Positions 36,860 through 46,313 of a stretch of 64,000 bases of DNA are shown here, piece after piece. The DNA comes from an uncultured Thermodesulfobacteriota bacterium (GTDB taxonomy: Bacteria; Desulfobacterota; Zymogenia; Zymogenales; Zymogenaceae). Location: assembly GCA_964542895.1 (NCBI GenBank), contig CAZIWT010000001.1:30573-94572 (forward strand). Reading direction: 5' to 3'. Position numbers and translations under genes: made by a program. Positions within the stretch are counted from its first letter, which is position 1. Each line of letters starts with the position of its first letter. The notes beneath the pieces are model-generated. The model was not told the origin of the DNA. It ran no database searches and saw nothing but the letters and a program-made list of their open reading frames with translations.

Positions 36860-37369
36860 TCAACCGCCGCCCCCGGCCCGCTCCACCGAGAACGTGAGGC
36901 TTCCCCGGGCGATCTCGACCCCCCCGGCCTCGGCCACCACGCTGAACTTGTGGAGGGCGCCGAATACATTATCCAGCACCACGTTAAGCCTCAACGTATC
37001 CCCCTCTACCGCGTCTCCGCTGAAAGAGAAGTCCCCGATCTTTACTAAATATCCAACAGGAACGCCAACAGGAACGCCGGCGGCTGGCCCTCCTGCATCT
37101 CCCTCATTACCTCTCCCTTCCTTCAATAGCCTTTCGCCGGCAACAACGAAGGCGGCCGTCTGGGCCGCGGCCTCGATGATCATCGGTCTCGGCATGATCC
37201 GTTTACTCGGCAGATACGTGTCGAAGAAATCCCCGAAGGAGTCGTCCTTAACGAGTCCTTTTTGCCCGACACCTCCCTTCCCGAACTCGATTATCTCTAC
37301 CGAGTCGATAAGCAGGAATGGGGGGCGGTGGGGGATTACCTTGACAATATCTTCTGCGGTAAACCTCAT
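36860..37369 (-). CDS. fabZ: 3-hydroxyacyl-ACP dehydratase (FabZ/FabA hotdog fold) with a Gly/Pro-rich insertion
   Basis: IPHRPPFLLID motif (FabZ LPHRYPFLLVD consensus) and a hotdog core. It carries an unusual insert GRGNEGDAGGPAAGVPVGVPVG and a GGGG C-terminus. Confidence 0.7.
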   Translation of the reverse strand: MRFTAEDIVKVIPHRPPFLLIDSVEIIEFGKGGVGQKGLVKDDSFGDFFDTYLPSKRIMPRPMIIEAAAQTAAFVVAGERLLKEGRGNEGDAGGPAAGVPVGVPVGYLVKIGDFSFSGDAVEGDTLRLNVVLDNVFGALHKFSVVAEAGGVEIARGSLTFSVERAGGGG

Positions 37370-37638
37370 GAGAGGTCTTTTTTCTCCCGCTGTACAAAAT
37401 CGGTCAGTGCGTTAAGGGAGGCAAAGGCCTCTTTTCCCACCTCTTCGTCCGGGATGATGATCCCAAATTCCTTTTCCAGCGCCACCACAAGCTCCAGGGC
37501 GTCGATGGAATCGAGGCCGAGCCCGTTTCCGAAAAGTGGCTCATCCTCTCCAATGTCGGAAGGTTCTATATCCTCCAGCTGGAGGCTCTCGATAATAAGC
37601 GTCTTCAGTCTCGATATCAGTTCATTTCTGTCTTCCAA
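37366..37638 (-). CDS. acyl carrier protein
   Basis: 90 aa with the 4'-phosphopantetheine attachment motif GLDSID. Its stop overlaps the fabZ start (ATGA). Confidence 0.8.
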   Translation of the reverse strand: MEDRNELISRLKTLIIESLQLEDIEPSDIGEDEPLFGNGLGLDSIDALELVVALEKEFGIIIPDEEVGKEAFASLNALTDFVQREKKDLS

Positions 37639-37684
37639 AAGTACTCCCTCGCTTTAGGTGAAAACAAAAAATTTGTTGCATTTA

Positions 37685-38449
37685 TCAGGTCAATCCGCCG
37701 TCCACGGATATTACCTGTCCCGTTATGTAATCCGACCTGTCGGAGGCGAGAAAGAGGACCGCCCCGGTGACCTCCTCCGGGGTGCCCAGCCTGCCGATGG
37801 GAACCGCCGACAGGAGCTCCTTTTTCGTCTCCTCGGTCAGATTGTCCATCATCTCCGTCTCTATGAGACCCGGGGAGACGGCGTTCACGCAGACGTTGAA
37901 GCGGGCTATCTCCTGGGCCAGGGAGCGCGTAAAGCTTATAACGCCCCCCTTGGACGAGGCGTAGTTAGTCTGCCCCGCCCTGCCGAGGATCGCCGAGGGG
38001 GAGACCATGTTCACTATCTTGCCGTACTTCTCCCCGATCATAAACCGTATCGCCGTCTTGCAGCAGTTGTAAACGCCCTTGAGGTTTATGTCGATCACCC
38101 TGTTCCAATCCTCCTCGTTCATGAACATCAGGAGCTTGTCCCGAATAATCCCGGCGTTGTTGACAAGAATGTCGAGCCTGCCCGGATCTTTCCTGATCCT
38201 GCCGAACATATCCTCGACCTGGGCGGTGTCCGAGACATCCGCCTTTATCGCCGCGGCCTTCCTACCCATCGCCTCTATCTCCAAGACCACGCCTTTAGCG
38301 GCATCGTCGTTAGCCGAGTAGTTGACGATCACGTCGGCCCCCTTCTCTGCTAAGGCGAGGCTTATGGCCCTGCCTATCCCCTTGGAGCCGCCGGTCACCA
38401 GGGCAACCCTTCCCGAAAAATCGAAATCTCCTTCTGCTCTATGGGGCAT
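37685..38449 (-). CDS. fabG: 3-oxoacyl-ACP reductase (SDR family)
   Basis: VALVTGGSKGIGRAI Rossmann motif, NNAG and the YxxxK catalytic motif (YASSKGG). 254 aa. Confidence 0.85.
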   Translation of the reverse strand: MPHRAEGDFDFSGRVALVTGGSKGIGRAISLALAEKGADVIVNYSANDDAAKGVVLEIEAMGRKAAAIKADVSDTAQVEDMFGRIRKDPGRLDILVNNAGIIRDKLLMFMNEEDWNRVIDINLKGVYNCCKTAIRFMIGEKYGKIVNMVSPSAILGRAGQTNYASSKGGVISFTRSLAQEIARFNVCVNAVSPGLIETEMMDNLTEETKKELLSAVPIGRLGTPEEVTGAVLFLASDRSDYITGQVISVDGGLT

Positions 38450-38662
38450 ATATTATCACCGGCAGAAAAAACAGAAAAACCATCTGACCCACCCCTCTTC
38501 TCCTGCCATCTTAAATATTTAAAGGGATACAAACTATCCCAATTTACCGTTTTAGTCAAGGGAAAACAGGTTTGAAAAAACCCCATGGCGCCTTCAATCA
38601 GTTTTTAGCACAGCCCTTTAAATCCAATAAATTAAGCATCCTTTACCAGACCGGCCTCACTC

Positions 38663-39313
38663 TTACGGCTTCACCACGACGAATCGGCACCTGTCGTCAC
38701 CCTTGGCAATACATAAGGTCTCAACCACCTGAATCTCCTCTCCCATTATCCACTCGGCGGCCCCGGCCATAAAACCTACCTGAATATAACAAATGGGCCC
38801 CTTGGTTCTCAGTCCCTTACAGAGATAACATGGTGAAATCTCGCAGATCAACCCCGCTTCCTGTTCCAGGATCGTATAAATATCTCCGAAGATGGCGGAG
38901 GCGGCGTCGGTCATTACCCTGTAGACCTTGAGGAATTCTTCATACCTCCTCTCGGGAGGTATCCTCTCCGGCACCACGTTTTCTATGTTGAAAAGATACG
39001 GGGCGATATCCGCAATCAAGTAGAACGCCCTTTTCCCCACCTCAGTCATAATATCCTTTGCCCCGCTCTCCCCCAGGACCTCTATCAGGGCCGTCGTAAT
39101 GGTGGTGAAATCCTCGTAGTCATGTGTCAGATCGAGGTCTTTCGTGGGATATTCGTCTATGAATTTTTTCAGCCTGGTGTATTTAAGGATCGAAAAAAGG
39201 CCCTTTTCTCCCAATACATCTTCGCAAACACGCAATGTAATATAGAAGAGTATATTCGGCAATTTCTCACGATGAGACATAAGGACTGCTCTCCCGCCAT
39301 CTTTTAGAATCAT
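38663..39313 (-). CDS. V4R (4-vinyl reductase-like) domain protein
   Basis: C-terminal ...CYLCKGLRTKGPICYIQVGFMAGAAEWIMGEE...CIAKGDDRCRFVV is typical of the V4R small-molecule-binding domain. 216 aa. Confidence 0.5.
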   Translation of the reverse strand: MILKDGGRAVLMSHREKLPNILFYITLRVCEDVLGEKGLFSILKYTRLKKFIDEYPTKDLDLTHDYEDFTTITTALIEVLGESGAKDIMTEVGKRAFYLIADIAPYLFNIENVVPERIPPERRYEEFLKVYRVMTDAASAIFGDIYTILEQEAGLICEISPCYLCKGLRTKGPICYIQVGFMAGAAEWIMGEEIQVVETLCIAKGDDRCRFVVVKP

Positions 39314-39446
39314 GTCATTGTATCGTTAATGTTATGATATATCATCTCCTTAAAATGTTCAAGTAAGATTAAGAGCTAAATCATATAATTTAAAAGTCAC
39401 GTTTTTAGCCCATCATCGCTTTTTTCTCTTCAGGCCGGATTTTTTA

Positions 39447-40214
39447 TCAGATACACGCCGGGCAGACGGTCATACACTCGAAACAGAAGTATTGAAAGCC
39501 GATGAACTGCGACTGGTACAGATTGAGGAATTTCGGGTCCCTCAACATTTCCTTTTTTTTATCGTCGTCTGCATCTAACATCTTGTAGTAGTACCTTATC
39601 AATCCCCCGATTCCGTACGGCTGGGAGACCTTCAGGCACTTCATAAAATCGGTTTTTCCCTCCTCGCTGAGGGCGCCGCCCGGACATGCCTCTACGCAGA
39701 GGCCGCAGTCGTTACAGAGATCCTCCTCAACCTTCGGATCGGAGCTCAAGGGTAGCTCCGTCAAGACCGCCGTGAAGACGATCCTCGTACCATACCTCGG
39801 ATTGATGACTATGTTGTGGCGGCCGAAGACGCCCAGCCCCGCCGCCACCGCGGCGTGGCGCAGGGAGACGTCCCCGACGCTCCCCATGTAGGGGAGATCC
39901 ATGTTCAGCGGATACGACGGCGGGACGGAGACCGCCTTCGTTTCAGTTCCCCTCTCGATGTACCTGGTCATAAAGTAGTTGTTCTTCAATCCCAGCTCCA
40001 TCATCCCCATTCGAGTCGCCATCGAGATCCTCTTGTTTTCGCTCTCAATGGCGCCGTGGATCTCCCGGTAGCCCAAAACCACAATCGACTTGGCACCGGG
40101 CAAGATCGTCTTCGGATCGGGCGCCCTCTCCGATTCATAGTCCGCTATATCGGCAAAGCCCACAACGTCCGCTCCTAACTCGATCCCATAACCTCTAATC
40201 TCATCCTTTTTCAT
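39447..40214 (-). CDS. 4Fe-4S cluster-binding protein (QueG/reductive-dehalogenase-like N-domain + ferredoxin motif)
   Basis: CNDCGLCVEACP and a C-terminal CFECMTVCPAC. The N-terminal GADVVGFADIADY resembles QueG/RdhA N-termini. Confidence 0.5.
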   Translation of the reverse strand: MKKDEIRGYGIELGADVVGFADIADYESERAPDPKTILPGAKSIVVLGYREIHGAIESENKRISMATRMGMMELGLKNNYFMTRYIERGTETKAVSVPPSYPLNMDLPYMGSVGDVSLRHAAVAAGLGVFGRHNIVINPRYGTRIVFTAVLTELPLSSDPKVEEDLCNDCGLCVEACPGGALSEEGKTDFMKCLKVSQPYGIGGLIRYYYKMLDADDDKKKEMLRDPKFLNLYQSQFIGFQYFCFECMTVCPACI

Positions 40215-40304
40215 CTCATACTCCTATATTTCTTTAAATCCTTAAAAAGCAAATTGTAAAACAAGGCGATCAAACACCGAATGATTTTTAGTCTGCCCCT
40301 AAAT

Positions 40305-40724
40305 TTAACCGTCCCTGGTGCGGATCTTGTCGAGGTAGCCCTTGAGGGCGGCTCTCTCCTCATCCTTGAAATCGTAAAGAAACTCCCTGTTCGCCTCCTC
40401 CATCAGCCCGTCGAGCTTTTCGCCCACCTCCCTTCCCTTATCCGTGAGCCTGACGAGAATCGCCCGTCTGTCTCTCGGGTTATGCTCCCTTCTTACCAGC
40501 CGAACCGATTCGAGGCGGTCGATGACGCCGGTGAGCGTGGCGCTGTCGAGCCGGGTCCTCTCCCCCAGCTCCTTGGATGTAATATCGTCCTCTTCGTGGA
40601 GAAATCTCAAGATCATAGCCTGGACGACCGTGATGTTTAGATTTGCCACCTTCCGGCTCCAGAAGCGGATGGCCGCCTGGCTCGCCTTGGCCAGCTTGAA
40701 GCATATGCAGTCGGTCGGTTTCAT
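40305..40724 (-). CDS. MarR-family transcriptional regulator
   Basis: Winged-helix region ...ITSKELGERTRLDSATLTGVIDRLESVRLVRREHNPRDRRAILVRLTDKG. The start was set at an internal ATG preceded by GGAGGAGG. Confidence 0.85.
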   Translation of the reverse strand: MKPTDCICFKLAKASQAAIRFWSRKVANLNITVVQAMILRFLHEEDDITSKELGERTRLDSATLTGVIDRLESVRLVRREHNPRDRRAILVRLTDKGREVGEKLDGLMEEANREFLYDFKDEERAALKGYLDKIRTRDG

Positions 40725-40753
40725 AGTTCCTCCTCCCCCTACCAATATATTAG

Positions 40754-40779
40754 TTGTATAGCAGTATCTTGTATACAAG
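40754..40779. promoter_or_regulatory. candidate MarR operator: TTGTATA half-site plus perfect palindrome CTTGTATACAAG just upstream of the marR start
   Basis: Read directly: ttgtatagcagtatCTTGTATACAAGtata, 30-55 nt upstream of the marR ATG. Confidence 0.45.
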
Positions 40780-41020
40780 TATATAGTATGCTAATTTATT
40801 TTGGGTGTCGTGTCAAGAACTTTTTTAAGGCGGATTTTTTATGTTGTTGAAGCAAATGGAGGCGGATTATTGGAATCCACCCCCGAAGTCATTTATGGAC
40901 TTTTTAGGGATGGGCTCAAATCTTAAACGAACAAAACCGACAGCGCCCCTTCACGGTGTAGACTGCAACACAACAAAATCGGAAACGAGCGAAAGCGATA
41001 GATAGGCCGCACCGGCGCCC

Positions 41021-41473
41021 CTACTCCTCCACCGGATCCGCGATCTTTATCGCGCCGATCTCAAGGAGGGCCTCGAACGTGTTGGCGGCGCCGCCGTGCT
41101 CAACGATGAGGCCGTCGACCACCCTGTCGACATTCACACCTGTAATCTCCACTTTCTTGCCGGTAGGCCTCATCCCGAGCCACACCCCCTCGTGGGTGCC
41201 CGTTGCGGTGATCTGGGTCACGACCCACTCCCCCTCGGCGATCTGTCGCTCGACGTTCAGGTGAAGGTCCGGGTAGGTCTTTCTGACCCCCGTCAGGTGC
41301 TCCTTCGCCCCATCGATCCCAACCTTATGCCTGACGTTGTTATAGACCTCGGTGTATTCGGAAAAGACGAACTCGGCAAGTCTATCCACATCGCCGGCGT
41401 TTACGACCTCCTCGTAGTAGCGCCTGACGAGCGACTTGTTATTCTCGATGGACACGTCGGTGGACACGATCAC
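41021..41473 (-). CDS. SnoaL-like polyketide/ester cyclase (NTF2-like fold)
   Basis: 150 aa; ...NKSLVRRYYEEVVNAGDVDRLAEF... with the typical ester-cyclase layout. Confidence 0.6.
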   Translation of the reverse strand: MIVSTDVSIENNKSLVRRYYEEVVNAGDVDRLAEFVFSEYTEVYNNVRHKVGIDGAKEHLTGVRKTYPDLHLNVERQIAEGEWVVTQITATGTHEGVWLGMRPTGKKVEITGVNVDRVVDGLIVEHGGAANTFEALLEIGAIKIADPVEE

Positions 41474-41621
41474 CTCCTTGTTTGGATTTTTCGACCAGAC
41501 TTTTACGGTCTATTTCTAAAAAAGAGAGCGGGCCCGAAGACCCGCCCGTTCACCATTTTCACACCAAAGTTGTTCAGACGATGCGGCAGTCCCCCTTGAC
41601 GATGCCGGCGTCCCCCATTAC

Positions 41622-42794
41622 CTAAAAGGCCTGCTTTAAGATGTCCAGCGCGACCTCGAAGGTGACCTCCTCCGGGTTCATCGTGCAGGAGCCGTCGTTG
41701 ATGGCGGTCTTGGCGATGTCCTCTAACTGGTCTTTCGTCACCCCCGCCTCGCTCAGCTTTGTCGGGAGTCCGCTGGCGTCCTTCAATTCATTTGCCAGTT
41801 GCCTCACCGCGGCCACGGCGGCTTTTGCCTGATTGAGCTTGCTCCCTTTGGTGGAGGCGCCCATGAAGGGGGCGAGCTCGGCGATGATGTCGCCCGCCTT
41901 GTCGAAGTTGTTCTCCATCCCGTATGGAAGAAGGATTGCATTGGCTATGCCGTGGGGTACCCTGGCAACCCCCCCAGAGGCGTGTGCGATTCCGTGGACG
42001 ACCCCGACGAGGGAGTTGGAGAAGGCGATCCCCGCAAGGAGCGACGCGTTCAACATGGCGAGTCTCTTCTTCTCGTCCTTCGGCTTCAGGGTGGAATCGA
42101 GGAGGCTGTCGAAGATCAGCCTTATAGCGGCTATGGCGTAGGCGTCCGAGATCGGGTTTTTCTGGATGCAGTAATAGGCCTCAACGGCGTGGGTCAATGC
42201 GTCCATCCCGGTGGCGGCGGTGATTTTGGCCGGCATCGTTACGGTCATCTTCGGGTCGAGGATCGCCACGTTCGGAAACAGCAGGCCCGACGTGAAGGCG
42301 AGCTTCGTCTTGTTCTTGACGTCGTATATGACGGCGGCCGATGTAACCTCGGAGCCGGTTCCTGCGGTGGTGGGAACCACGATAAAGGGCTTGAGCGGCT
42401 TGCTCAGCCTCTCCACTCCCTGGAACTTCATTAAGTCGTTCGTCTTCTCGACGGTGATCATGTTTGCGCACTTCGCTGTGTCTATGCAGCTTCCGCCGCC
42501 GACGGCTATAAAGGAGTCGCATTTCTTGTCTTTAAAGAGCTTCGCCACCTCGTTTACCACGTCAGTGCTCGAATCGGGGGGCGTCTTGTCGAAGATCGCT
42601 CCAATTTCGCACTTCGATCCACCGAAGGCCTTCTGAACGTTCTTTATCAGGCCGGCCTTGGAAACGCCCTCGTCGGTCACGATAAGCGCCTTCTTTGCGC
42701 CGAGAAGCTCCATCTCGAAGGTGATGTTGGAGAGAGCCTTCATGCCGCTGATTATCCTCACGGGACATAGAAATTCGTAATATTCGGGAACCAT
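41622..42794 (-). CDS. iron-containing (group III) alcohol dehydrogenase
   Basis: 390 aa, Fe-ADH fold (GGGSCIDTAK NAD-binding motif, His-rich metal site ...HAVEAY...HGIAH...). Confidence 0.85.
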   Translation of the reverse strand: MVPEYYEFLCPVRIISGMKALSNITFEMELLGAKKALIVTDEGVSKAGLIKNVQKAFGGSKCEIGAIFDKTPPDSSTDVVNEVAKLFKDKKCDSFIAVGGGSCIDTAKCANMITVEKTNDLMKFQGVERLSKPLKPFIVVPTTAGTGSEVTSAAVIYDVKNKTKLAFTSGLLFPNVAILDPKMTVTMPAKITAATGMDALTHAVEAYYCIQKNPISDAYAIAAIRLIFDSLLDSTLKPKDEKKRLAMLNASLLAGIAFSNSLVGVVHGIAHASGGVARVPHGIANAILLPYGMENNFDKAGDIIAELAPFMGASTKGSKLNQAKAAVAAVRQLANELKDASGLPTKLSEAGVTKDQLEDIAKTAINDGSCTMNPEEVTFEVALDILKQAF

Positions 42795-42830
42795 TATTTC
42801 ACTCCTTAAAAAAGGTTTCTGACTATAGAG

Positions 42831-43376
42831 TTATTTCCACATTTTGAGTGCAATCCAGACGCCAACCATCAGGTATACGTTCGCCTTTATAAGCAGCTGC
42901 TTGAAGGTAAGCTTCGGCGGCCTCTTGAAAATCATCTTGAGCACGATTCCGGGCAGCAGGAAGGCCTGTACTATTCCCATTCCCCTGTTCGCCATCACCC
43001 CGTCGACAAGGCTTCCGTGCACGAGTATCCTGTGCTGGGCGAACGCCGTGTGGTTTCCCATCTGGCCGGTGAAGGCCAAAAAGGCGGAGTCCATGTTCTT
43101 GAAAAGGAGCTTCAGCTCGGGATTTTCCTTGTATCCCCTGCCGAGATACTTTATGGCCCCCCTTTCCTTTCTCATCGTGATCGCCGGACCCGCGGGCAAG
43201 ACCCCCAGCGAAAAGACGAGGCCCTCCTTCCAGTCCTTCAGCTCTTCGATGAGCACCTTGTCCTTCTTGGAGACTTTCTCGAAGGTGGTCCCGAAGGCGA
43301 TGAGGGCGACCCCTACTATCGCCTTTTTGATCCGATAGCCGAGAGAAGGCTTGTGTACAATTTTGATCTTCTCCAT
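42831..43376 (-). CDS. hypothetical protein
   Basis: 181-aa ORF with good coding appearance but no recognisable motif. Confidence 0.4.
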   Translation of the reverse strand: MEKIKIVHKPSLGYRIKKAIVGVALIAFGTTFEKVSKKDKVLIEELKDWKEGLVFSLGVLPAGPAITMRKERGAIKYLGRGYKENPELKLLFKNMDSAFLAFTGQMGNHTAFAQHRILVHGSLVDGVMANRGMGIVQAFLLPGIVLKMIFKRPPKLTFKQLLIKANVYLMVGVWIALKMWK

Positions 43377-43741
43377 TTTTCTATCCTCTCTAATATTATA
43401 AATCCAATTTTAATCTGAACCGCAAAGACAAAATCGACGGGCGCCGTTGAATTCTTCAAATCTTCGGAACACCCCATCATCACCCCCAATCCCTCCTCGC
43501 CCTCTCCCCATAATAGTAAATAGATTAATCGATTAAGTCAAATCGTTTTGCGAATAAATCAAATCGGCCGCCATGAGAGGTCTGACCTTCCCGGCCACCC
43601 TTCCACCTCCCTAAATCCCTCCCTTCCACCGACAAAGCCCGGCCGTCGACAAAAACAGTTGCCGACCCCCCCGGACTCCGGCCGATGGCCTAATCCCCCA
43701 ACACAAAGTAGACCGCCCGTATACCCGACCCCCTTACTTCA

Positions 43742-44305
43742 TCACAGTCCTTCCGCTGTGTCGAAGAGCTCCTTATTCCCGGGGACGTCGGAGACGCTCT
43801 TCCCGTAGTAGGCGTACTTAACCACCTTTTTGTTGTCCACTATGAATACCGCCGGAAGCTGCAGCTCCTTCCCCTCGCTCACCCCGTGCTTGAACCCGAG
43901 CTTTTTAGAGCGCATCGCCTTCACTATTGTGCCCGGCGTAATATATCTGAAGATCGAGCCGGGGAGTACACCGTACAGCCCGAATATCTCCTCTTTCGGA
44001 TCCAGAACTATCGTAAAGGGGACATCCTTTTCCTTCAACGTCTCGCCGCTCCCACTAACCGAGATCACGTTTTCCGTCTCGCTCTGAAGGACGACCAGGA
44101 CGTTGAGCTTTCTCTTATTGAACTCGTCCCAGTCCCTTCTTATCTCCGATATCCTCATCTGGCAGATGGGACACCCCATGTAACGAAGAAAGATGAGTAT
44201 CGTATTCCCGCTTTTAAGAAAGTCGTAGAACTTCAGCGACTTCTTCCAGGGGGAATCGAACGTAAAACCGGGTGCCTTGGTACCCGCTGTAATCTTATGG
44301 CCCAT
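43742..44305 (-). CDS. thioredoxin-fold peroxiredoxin/redoxin (AhpC/TSA family)
   Basis: ...ILIFLRYMGCPICQMRI... CxxC active-site context within a 187-aa redoxin fold. Confidence 0.7.
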   Translation of the reverse strand: MGHKITAGTKAPGFTFDSPWKKSLKFYDFLKSGNTILIFLRYMGCPICQMRISEIRRDWDEFNKRKLNVLVVLQSETENVISVSGSGETLKEKDVPFTIVLDPKEEIFGLYGVLPGSIFRYITPGTIVKAMRSKKLGFKHGVSEGKELQLPAVFIVDNKKVVKYAYYGKSVSDVPGNKELFDTAEGL

Positions 44306-44354
44306 GCTTAAATCCTCAAACGTCGATCTAACTGAACATCCCCCGCCCCGTCCG

Positions 44355-46313
44355 TTACTTCTTCTTTCGCCTCCTGATTATCCTTACAGGAACGTAGATT
44401 ATCAAGAACAGAACTGCGAGGACAACGATAATCGCCCCGAAGGCGATCCATGTAAGGTAGTTCCCCCGTTTCAGGAGCTTCAATGGATTGAAGCTTGGTT
44501 CGGGGACGAATCTCCCCTCCGCCTCCTTGTACCTCGCAGGGATCTCTTTAACCCCGTCGCCGTCACTGTCCTCAAAGGTGGATACATACTCGAAGATCGT
44601 CTCCCAATCCTTGAGCTCCTGGATTCCGGGTTTTGCCGGGTCCGCGTCTATCCTCTCCGTGGCAAGGTCCTCTATCCGGTTTCCGTCCCTGTCCTTGGGG
44701 ACCATCGTCAGGATATTGTTTGTGAAGTTCCCGACGACCTTGATAAACGACGCGTTGTAGTAGTTGGTCGTAAACCTGTACAGCTCCTTGTTGTCGGAGG
44801 AGTAGTCGAGGGGGACGAAGCTCCCGTCTTCCCCTTCGATCAATATCTCCGTAACCCTGTCGAAGATCATTCTCTTCGGATTGTACTTGACCTTGAGCCC
44901 GGAAACCTGCAGGTAGTAGTCGCTCCCCTTGATAGGATAGATCGACGTGGGGACCTCCATCGCCTTTTTTATCTCCGAGGCGTAAAGGTAAAAGGTTACG
45001 AGGGGATAGCTCATGGTGTCGTCCACACCGATACCCAGCGGCTCGACCCTGAAGAGGTCGGAGACGCTCACGTACCCGGTCTTGCCGACGAGGATGTTGC
45101 TCCTGATAAGGCCGTTCGACTGGATGCACACCCTCACTCTTGATAACGGATCGGCCGGGTCGTAAAGGCGCTTATTTGCGGCCCAGCGGATGGCATCAGT
45201 AAGCATGTTTCCCAGCCCGACCTCCTCGTTTTTCAATATCATGTCGTAATTTGTCTCGGCGACCTTCTGGGAGAACTTGAGACCGAGGCCGGCCAAGACG
45301 TCCCTCTCCACTATTCTTTTCCTCTCGCCGATCATCCTCGTTATCCTCTCGTCCCCCTTTATGGAGTCGTCGATACTCACGAGCCTGTAGTTAACAACGG
45401 AAACCTTTTTATCATCGCCTACGGTGAAATCCATAACCCCGAGATATTTGCCGTACTCCCCCGCCTGGACGACTATGGTATCATTTATAACGATGGGTTC
45501 GGGAACGACCGTGTGGCTGTGCCCGCTGATGATTATGTCGATTCCGGAGACCTCCCTTGCAAGGATTTCATCCTCCGACCTGTCCTTGTCCTCCCTTAGA
45601 CCGCTGTGGGAGAGGCAGATAACGAGGTCGACCTTCTCCTTTTCGCGAAGGAGCTTTACCATTTTCCTCGATGTCTCAAACATGTCGCTGAAGGTCAAGG
45701 GCGAGGCAAAGGGGGCCACCTCGGCGGCGTCGGTGCCCATGATCCCGAAAAGCCCGATCTTTATCCCATCCCTCTCAAGGACCACGTAGCGCTTCACGAG
45801 CCCCGCCTCGAAATCCTCCTCGAGGGCGTCGTCCGCCTCATCCTCCGGGTCGAAAACCGTGTTCGACGCCAGGATCTGGGGCATCCCCCCCTTCTTTGCG
45901 GCGGACCTCAGGATGCGGGAGAGGCCCCTGGGCTTGAGATCGAACTCGTGGTTTCCGAGAATTGTAAAATCATAGCCCATCTCCTTCATCAGGGCAAGCT
46001 CGGCCGCCTCGTCCCTGCTTATCATGTGAAAGAGGGTCCCCATGAGAAAATCGCCGGCGTCCAGGACGAAGACGGTGTTGGTGCGGGCCGCCTTTTCCTG
46101 TTTTATAACTGTGGCCAGCCTCGCCCAGCCGCCCAGCGTCTCGTCGTCGTTTGTCGTGTTCGGCGTGTAGTCCCTGTTCGGGGAGTGGCCCAGTAGGTGA
46201 GAGTGCAGATCGTTCGTGTGAAGTATAGTGAAGGTCACCTCCTCGGAATACGCCGAGGTGCCGGCAAAAAGGATTATAACCAGAAGGACTAAAATCGTTT
46301 TTTTGGCTTTCAT
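44355..46313 (-). CDS. bifunctional metallophosphatase / 5'-nucleotidase (UshA-like), secreted with C-terminal TM anchor
   Basis: Signal peptide, TILHTNDLHSHL calcineurin-like metallophosphatase motif, GNHEFD, 5'-nucleotidase C-terminal domain and a terminal hydrophobic helix plus RRRKKK. Confidence 0.85.
   Translation of the reverse strand: MKAKKTILVLLVIILFAGTSAYSEEVTFTILHTNDLHSHLLGHSPNRDYTPNTTNDDETLGGWARLATVIKQEKAARTNTVFVLDAGDFLMGTLFHMISRDEAAELALMKEMGYDFTILGNHEFDLKPRGLSRILRSAAKKGGMPQILASNTVFDPEDEADDALEEDFEAGLVKRYVVLERDGIKIGLFGIMGTDAAEVAPFASPLTFSDMFETSRKMVKLLREKEKVDLVICLSHSGLREDKDRSEDEILAREVSGIDIIISGHSHTVVPEPIVINDTIVVQAGEYGKYLGVMDFTVGDDKKVSVVNYRLVSIDDSIKGDERITRMIGERKRIVERDVLAGLGLKFSQKVAETNYDMILKNEEVGLGNMLTDAIRWAANKRLYDPADPLSRVRVCIQSNGLIRSNILVGKTGYVSVSDLFRVEPLGIGVDDTMSYPLVTFYLYASEIKKAMEVPTSIYPIKGSDYYLQVSGLKVKYNPKRMIFDRVTEILIEGEDGSFVPLDYSSDNKELYRFTTNYYNASFIKVVGNFTNNILTMVPKDRDGNRIEDLATERIDADPAKPGIQELKDWETIFEYVSTFEDSDGDGVKEIPARYKEAEGRFVPEPSFNPLKLLKRGNYLTWIAFGAIIVVLAVLFLIIYVPVRIIRRRKKK

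Noticed and set aside
36517-36897. 126-aa ORF in the SH3b/fabZ convergent spacer
   Set aside because: It runs through the strong GCCCCC/GGGGGC terminator hairpin and into the antisense of fabZ. It has no RBS and an odd composition.
43548-43808. 86-aa Pro/Ser-rich ORF in the C-rich spacer
   Set aside because: Pure low-complexity translation of a C-rich tract; overlaps the peroxiredoxin 3' end on the opposite strand.
44277-45143. 288-aa plus-strand ORF and further Arg-rich ORFs opposite the 5'-nucleotidase gene
   Set aside because: Low-complexity shadow frames. The minus strand encodes an intact metallophosphatase/5'-nucleotidase with signal peptide.
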